This document shows, piece after piece, positions 6,433-10,394 of a stretch of DNA of 10,394 nt. This DNA is from Candidatus Aenigmatarchaeota archaeon. Lineage in GTDB: Archaea; Aenigmatarchaeota; Aenigmatarchaeia; CG10238-14; SCSR01. The position numbers and the translations under genes are program-made. The notes beneath the pieces are model-generated. The model made no database searches and had not been told where the DNA came from. It was given only the letters and a program-made list of their open reading frames with translations. Position 1 is the first letter of the stretch. Each line of letters starts with the position of its first letter. The stretch is from contig JAWBTW010000022.1 in assembly GCA_039000165.1 (NCBI GenBank), forward strand, positions 1 through 10,394. The letters are read 5' to 3'.

Positions 6433-8151
6433 TCACTTTTTTTCAATCAACCAATTTTCCATAGCAAGATATTTCAATCCTGAATTTTTAAGAACATATA
6501 ACGCATCTTCCGGCGAACATACTATCGGATAACCGTGTAAGTTAAAAGAAGTGTTCAGGATTCCACCCATTCCCGTACTTTCTTCGAAAATCTTAATGAT
6601 TTTGTAATATTTTTCATTCGTTTCTTTATTCAAAACTTGCGGTCTAATTGTGTAGTCGTAAGGATGCATTGCAGCTACCAAATCTTTTTTTGCTCTTTCT
6701 TTGGAATTAAAAGCTAATATCATGTAAGGGGCAGGAATTTTTTTAGGGTTGATTAGGTATTCTTCTTCAAACTCCTTAATTATTGTTGGAGCAAAAGGCA
6801 TCCAAAAATCCCTTTGCTTTATCATTTCATTTATTATTTTTACTACACCATAATCCGAGGCGTTCGCCAAAATTGACCTGTTACCCAAAGCTCTAGCGCC
6901 CCATTCCATTCTTCCTGAAAATCTGGCAACTACTTGATTGTTAACGAGAAGTTCAGCAATTTTTTCCTCGATGTTTTCAAAAAATTTATATTTTATACCC
7001 TTTTCTTTCCTAAGAATTTTTTCTATATACTCGTTAGAATAGTTCGGGCCTAGGTATAAATCACCCAAAGGTTGAATGTCAACTTTTCTCCCTTCATCTT
7101 TGCACAATTGTTCATAACCATAATAAGCAGAGCCTATTGCTAAGCTTTCATCTCCACAGCTTGGGAAGACGAAAAGTTTTCTTACTTCTGGCATGTTCAT
7201 GATTTTTAAGTTAAGTTTAACGTTCATAAATACACCACCGGCTAAAGCAACATCATGTATACCAGTTTTCTCTATAGCTCTTCTTATCCATTCTACAACT
7301 AACTCTTCAGTAAGTTTTTGTATTGCTCCAGCAATCCAATCGAATCTATGAAGGTACAAATTTTCCCTAACATACTTTTTGAAATTCGGCGTTTTAACGG
7401 GTGAATAAAATTGAAGGGAATTTTCTTTTAAAGTTATAACTTTCTTCAAAATTTTATAGCTTCTTTCTACTCCTTCAGGAGACGCATAAGGAGCTAAACC
7501 CATAACTTTGTACTCATGTTCTAGTGGTTTCATTCCTAAGAAGCGTGTTATTTCAAGATAAAGTATTCCCAAAGAATGTAAGTAAGATGTTTCAGAAATT
7601 TTTTTAATTTCACCATTTTCTACTATGTTGACAGTTCCGCATAGTCCATCTCCACCACCATCCAAAGTAAAAACTAAAAAGTTATCTTTAAAGCCGGAAC
7701 CATAAAAAGCAGTGTAAGCATGGCATAAGTGGTGATCTACAAAAACAATCTTGTTTTCATCAATACCTAAAAGTTTAGAGTATGTTTTTTTTCTTTTTTT
7801 AGTACCGTAGTAAATAGGAACCAATTTGTTGTATAATTTAAAATAAAATTTTTCCGGAAGTATTAGCATACCTTTTTTTAAAATTCTTAATAAATGATGA
7901 AAAGTGCTTTTTGTTTTGTTGATTTCAACTTCTGTAGGCAGAGCAAGAATTCTATTAGATAAAACTATTAAATCCAAATCCTCAGGTTTGATTTTACAAA
8001 AATTTAAAACATAATTTATGGAATTGAGAGGAATTCCTGTATAATTTTTTATTCTTTTAAACCTTTCTTCACTTACACATGCTTCTATTTTTCCATCTTT
8101 CAAAAGGCAGGCAGTTGAATTGTGGCTATCATGAATTCCAAGTACGTACAT
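6433..8151 (-). CDS. NodU/CmcH/TobZ-family carbamoyltransferase, 572 aa
   Basis: Kae1-like N-domain motifs GIHDSHNSTA..EERFKRIK, DHHLCHA, LDGGGD, EYKVMGLAPY, LAGGVFMNVKLN and GDESLAIG. YrdC-like C-domain motifs EWGARALGNRSI, IKQRDFWMPFAP, RPQ and LNTSFNLHGYPIV. Confidence 0.95.
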   Translation of the reverse strand: MYVLGIHDSHNSTACLLKDGKIEACVSEERFKRIKNYTGIPLNSINYVLNFCKIKPEDLDLIVLSNRILALPTEVEINKTKSTFHHLLRILKKGMLILPEKFYFKLYNKLVPIYYGTKKRKKTYSKLLGIDENKIVFVDHHLCHAYTAFYGSGFKDNFLVFTLDGGGDGLCGTVNIVENGEIKKISETSYLHSLGILYLEITRFLGMKPLEHEYKVMGLAPYASPEGVERSYKILKKVITLKENSLQFYSPVKTPNFKKYVRENLYLHRFDWIAGAIQKLTEELVVEWIRRAIEKTGIHDVALAGGVFMNVKLNLKIMNMPEVRKLFVFPSCGDESLAIGSAYYGYEQLCKDEGRKVDIQPLGDLYLGPNYSNEYIEKILRKEKGIKYKFFENIEEKIAELLVNNQVVARFSGRMEWGARALGNRSILANASDYGVVKIINEMIKQRDFWMPFAPTIIKEFEEEYLINPKKIPAPYMILAFNSKERAKKDLVAAMHPYDYTIRPQVLNKETNEKYYKIIKIFEESTGMGGILNTSFNLHGYPIVCSPEDALYVLKNSGLKYLAMENWLIEKK

Positions 8152-8208
8152 TTGCTTCAGCTTTAAATTATTTAAATTTCTTATTTTTTTAAAACTTAGT
8201 TAATACTT
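8152..8208. promoter_or_regulatory. 57-bp divergent promoter region between the carbamoyltransferase and the flippase
   Basis: Minus-strand TTTAAATA at 8176-8169 lies 18-25 nt upstream of ATG 8151 and follows a purine-rich AAGAAA (BRE-like). Plus-strand TTTTTTTAAAA at 8184-8194 lies upstream of ATG 8209. Confidence 0.5.
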
Positions 8209-9720
8209 ATGAGCCTAACTAGAAAAATGTTTTCAAATTCTTTTTATCTTTTTTTAGATGTGATAGTGGTTAATCTTTTGGGTTTAATCTTTTGGTTTTT
8301 CAACGCAAGATTTTTATCCCCAGAAGAAGTGGGTATTGTTTCTACTTCAATAAACCTTGCCCTTTTTTTATCTTCATTAAGTCTTTTAGGTTTCCAAGGA
8401 GTTCTGCCAAAACTAATCCCAGAATACTTAGAAAAAAGGCAGTATAATAAAATCGTTAGTTTATCGAGACTTACTCTAAAAGTAGTGTTGTTGTCAAACA
8501 CAGCAATCGTTTTAACCGTTTTGCTCTTTTTACCTCTATTTCAATCTCTTCTAAACTTACCAGCTAAGGCTTTAATTTTCTCCTCTTTTCTACTATTCTC
8601 TTTTACATTTTCTACTTTCTTTGGATGTATTATGTGGGGGTTTCAAAATATGCGTGCTTTTTTCTCAACAGATTTTGTAGGCGTGGTAACCAAACTTCTT
8701 TTAACTATAATCTTATTGTTCTTTGGTTTTGGCTATATAAGTCCCTTAATAGGTGTTTTACTAGGCTACATTCTAATAGACTTGAAAAGATTCAGAAAAT
8801 CTTGGTTTTTCCCTCCTAGTAAGGAAAAAATTAACAACAGAGAAATATTTTTTGATTATGCGTTACCCTATTTCATTACTCTTGTGTCGGGCTTAGTGTT
8901 TTCAAACTTTCAAATACTTCTTTTAGCTTCTTTACAAGGCCAATATGCTACAGGTGGCTATTCGATAGCTTTTTTAATAGCTTCTCTCATATCAATAATT
9001 CCAGGTGTTTTGTCCCAAGCTTTATTTCCTATAATCTCACAACTCTCTGTGGGTAAAAAAATCAAAAAACAATCTTATTTAATAAGATTAGTCTTAAGGT
9101 ATGCTCTATTTATTGTGCTTCCTCTAGCAGCAGTTTTAATATTCTTCTCAAAACCTTTACTTCTTTTGCTTAGAAGCGAATATATAGAAATAACGGATAT
9201 TCTTTCAATATTAACAACAGCTTCCATTTTATTTGGTTTAGGTCAACTATTCTCTTCCAATCTTTACGCAATAGGTAAAACCAAATTAAATAGAAATATT
9301 TGGATTGTTTCTGCAATAACATTCTTACTAATTTCTCCAGTTTTAGTTAGCTTATATTCAGCCTTCGGACTTGCAATTTCTTTTACACTTGCATCCTTAA
9401 TTTTCTTAATTTTGAACTATTACTTTATCAAGAAAACATTAAAATTGAAAATTGATTGGACAAACTTGTTTAAACTGACAATACCATTATTCTTACTTTT
9501 GTTCTTCTTTTATATTGCAGATGCGGTTGAAGCAAACCTGCTAATAAAAATTATTTTTGCTTTTTGTGGTTTGTTTGTTTATTTAATACTTTTGGTTCCC
9601 TTGAGATTTTATAAAAAAGAAGATTTGAAAATACTTCATATAATCGTAAAAAAGCTCCCTATGATGAAAAAACAATTTTTGATTTTGCTAAAATGGTTCT
9701 CAAAATATGTTCAACAATAA
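8209..9720 (+). CDS. Oligosaccharide flippase, MOP superfamily (Wzx/RfbX/AglR-like), 503 aa
   Basis: Highly hydrophobic with roughly 12-14 TM-like segments by eye. Family-typical pieces: N-terminal FWFFNARFLSPEEVGIV, LPKLIPEY, ATGGYSIA, QALFPIISQL, LYAIGKTK, and C-terminal FYKKEDL. Confidence 0.9.
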   Translation: MSLTRKMFSNSFYLFLDVIVVNLLGLIFWFFNARFLSPEEVGIVSTSINLALFLSSLSLLGFQGVLPKLIPEYLEKRQYNKIVSLSRLTLKVVLLSNTAIVLTVLLFLPLFQSLLNLPAKALIFSSFLLFSFTFSTFFGCIMWGFQNMRAFFSTDFVGVVTKLLLTIILLFFGFGYISPLIGVLLGYILIDLKRFRKSWFFPPSKEKINNREIFFDYALPYFITLVSGLVFSNFQILLLASLQGQYATGGYSIAFLIASLISIIPGVLSQALFPIISQLSVGKKIKKQSYLIRLVLRYALFIVLPLAAVLIFFSKPLLLLLRSEYIEITDILSILTTASILFGLGQLFSSNLYAIGKTKLNRNIWIVSAITFLLISPVLVSLYSAFGLAISFTLASLIFLILNYYFIKKTLKLKIDWTNLFKLTIPLFLLLFFFYIADAVEANLLIKIIFAFCGLFVYLILLVPLRFYKKEDLKILHIIVKKLPMMKKQFLILLKWFSKYVQQ

Positions 9721-9782
9721 ACTAAAACAATAAAAAGTACACGAACAGTTTTGTAATCAATAACATTTCTACAAGCTTTTTA

Positions 9783-10394
9783 TCAAAATGGTCTAAACAA
9801 AACGAAAGCTAAAAAAGCAAATAGTAATTCTATTGTTACAATGGCAAAAACAACTCTTTTTTCACTCTTAACAAATTTTAGAAAAACATGAGTTAAAGAG
9901 CCTATTCTTTCAGGAGCTTTTAAGCTTCCGTTTTTTTGCGGTATGCCAAAGCATTCACTCTTAAACTTATTCTTTGCTTTTATCAAAAACTCAATAAAAT
10001 AAGGAATAAAAAGGAAAACAGCTATTTTTTCCATGTTTCCCAAGATTGCTACGCAAGCGATTAAAGCTCCTGTAGCATAAGTAAGAGTGTTGCCAGGGAA
10101 TACTTTTGCAGGATATTTGTTAAAAATCAAGAAAGCGATTAAGCTAAAAACTGCTGAAAAAGCAATTGTGGCAACCCACAAAAAATTGGAAAGCCAGGCA
10201 AAAACTCCTAAGGTGCTAAGAATTATTAAACCCATATAAGCTTCTAATCCATTAAGGCCTGCAAGCATGCTAAAGCCATTAGCAGCACCTACAATTCCTA
10301 GAGGAACTATTAAAAGAGGATATAGAATTCTAAAATCCACATCACCAAAAAAAGGAATGCTCATAACCGAATTTCCAGCGTTAATTACCATTAG
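9783..10394 (-). CDS. aglH: Polyprenyl(dolichyl)-phosphate GlcNAc-1-phosphate transferase, AglH/DPAGT1/MraY superfamily; partial, 5' end beyond the right edge
   Basis: Motifs GAANGFSMLAGLNGLE, FLIFNKYPAKVFPGNTLTY..GA and FIPYFIEF, in a hydrophobic protein. The LAGxNGLE form is the archaeal/eukaryotic type rather than bacterial DGxDGL. The frame is open to the window edge (10394-10392 = CTA). Confidence 0.85.
   Translation of the reverse strand, partial: LMVINAGNSVMSIPFFGDVDFRILYPLLIVPLGIVGAANGFSMLAGLNGLEAYMGLIILSTLGVFAWLSNFLWVATIAFSAVFSLIAFLIFNKYPAKVFPGNTLTYATGALIACVAILGNMEKIAVFLFIPYFIEFLIKAKNKFKSECFGIPQKNGSLKAPERIGSLTHVFLKFVKSEKRVVFAIVTIELLFAFLAFVLFRPF

Noticed and set aside
8244..8501. 85-aa minus-strand Lys-rich ORF
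   Set aside because: Antisense to the flippase. The Lys/Arg richness simply mirrors T-rich Phe/Leu codons on the coding strand.
8625..8819. 64-aa plus-strand ORF in an alternative frame
   Set aside because: Nested within the intact flippase frame, with no motif or start signal.
9721..9782. 62-bp convergent gap with T-rich runs on the minus strand, a possible archaeal terminator
   Set aside because: No hairpin is visible, and oligo-T runs are common throughout the window, so the signal is not specific.
1..10394. CRISPR arrays, tRNA/rRNA genes, transposases or integrases
   Set aside because: Nearly the whole window is protein-coding, the largest gap is about 100 bp, and I saw no spaced repeats, GC-rich structured RNA or mobile-element motifs.

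Overview
AT-rich, very densely packed window. It is most likely archaeal: it encodes an AglH/DPAGT1-type GlcNAc-1-P transferase, and TATA-like boxes lie about 20-30 nt upstream of start codons. All nine genes fit a surface-glycan (N-glycosylation or polysaccharide) locus. From left to right they are an AsnB-type amidotransferase (partial, -), a UDP-GlcNAc 2-epimerase (-), a GT4 glycosyltransferase (+), a CE4 polysaccharide deacetylase fused to a PHP metallohydrolase (-), an ATP-grasp ligase (-), an ArgF-like transcarbamylase with non-canonical substrate motifs (-), a NodU/CmcH/TobZ carbamoyltransferase (-), a Wzx/AglR-type flippase (+) and an AglH-like polyprenyl-phosphate GlcNAc-1-P transferase (partial, -). 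The most notable element is the co-oriented block NodU -> atypical transcarbamylase -> ATP-grasp -> CE4-PHP. It looks like a glycan-tailoring cassette, possibly with its own carbamoyl-phosphate supply or a new carbamoyl acceptor. I found no RNA genes, CRISPR arrays or mobile elements. All calls come from recognising motifs by eye; no searches were run.
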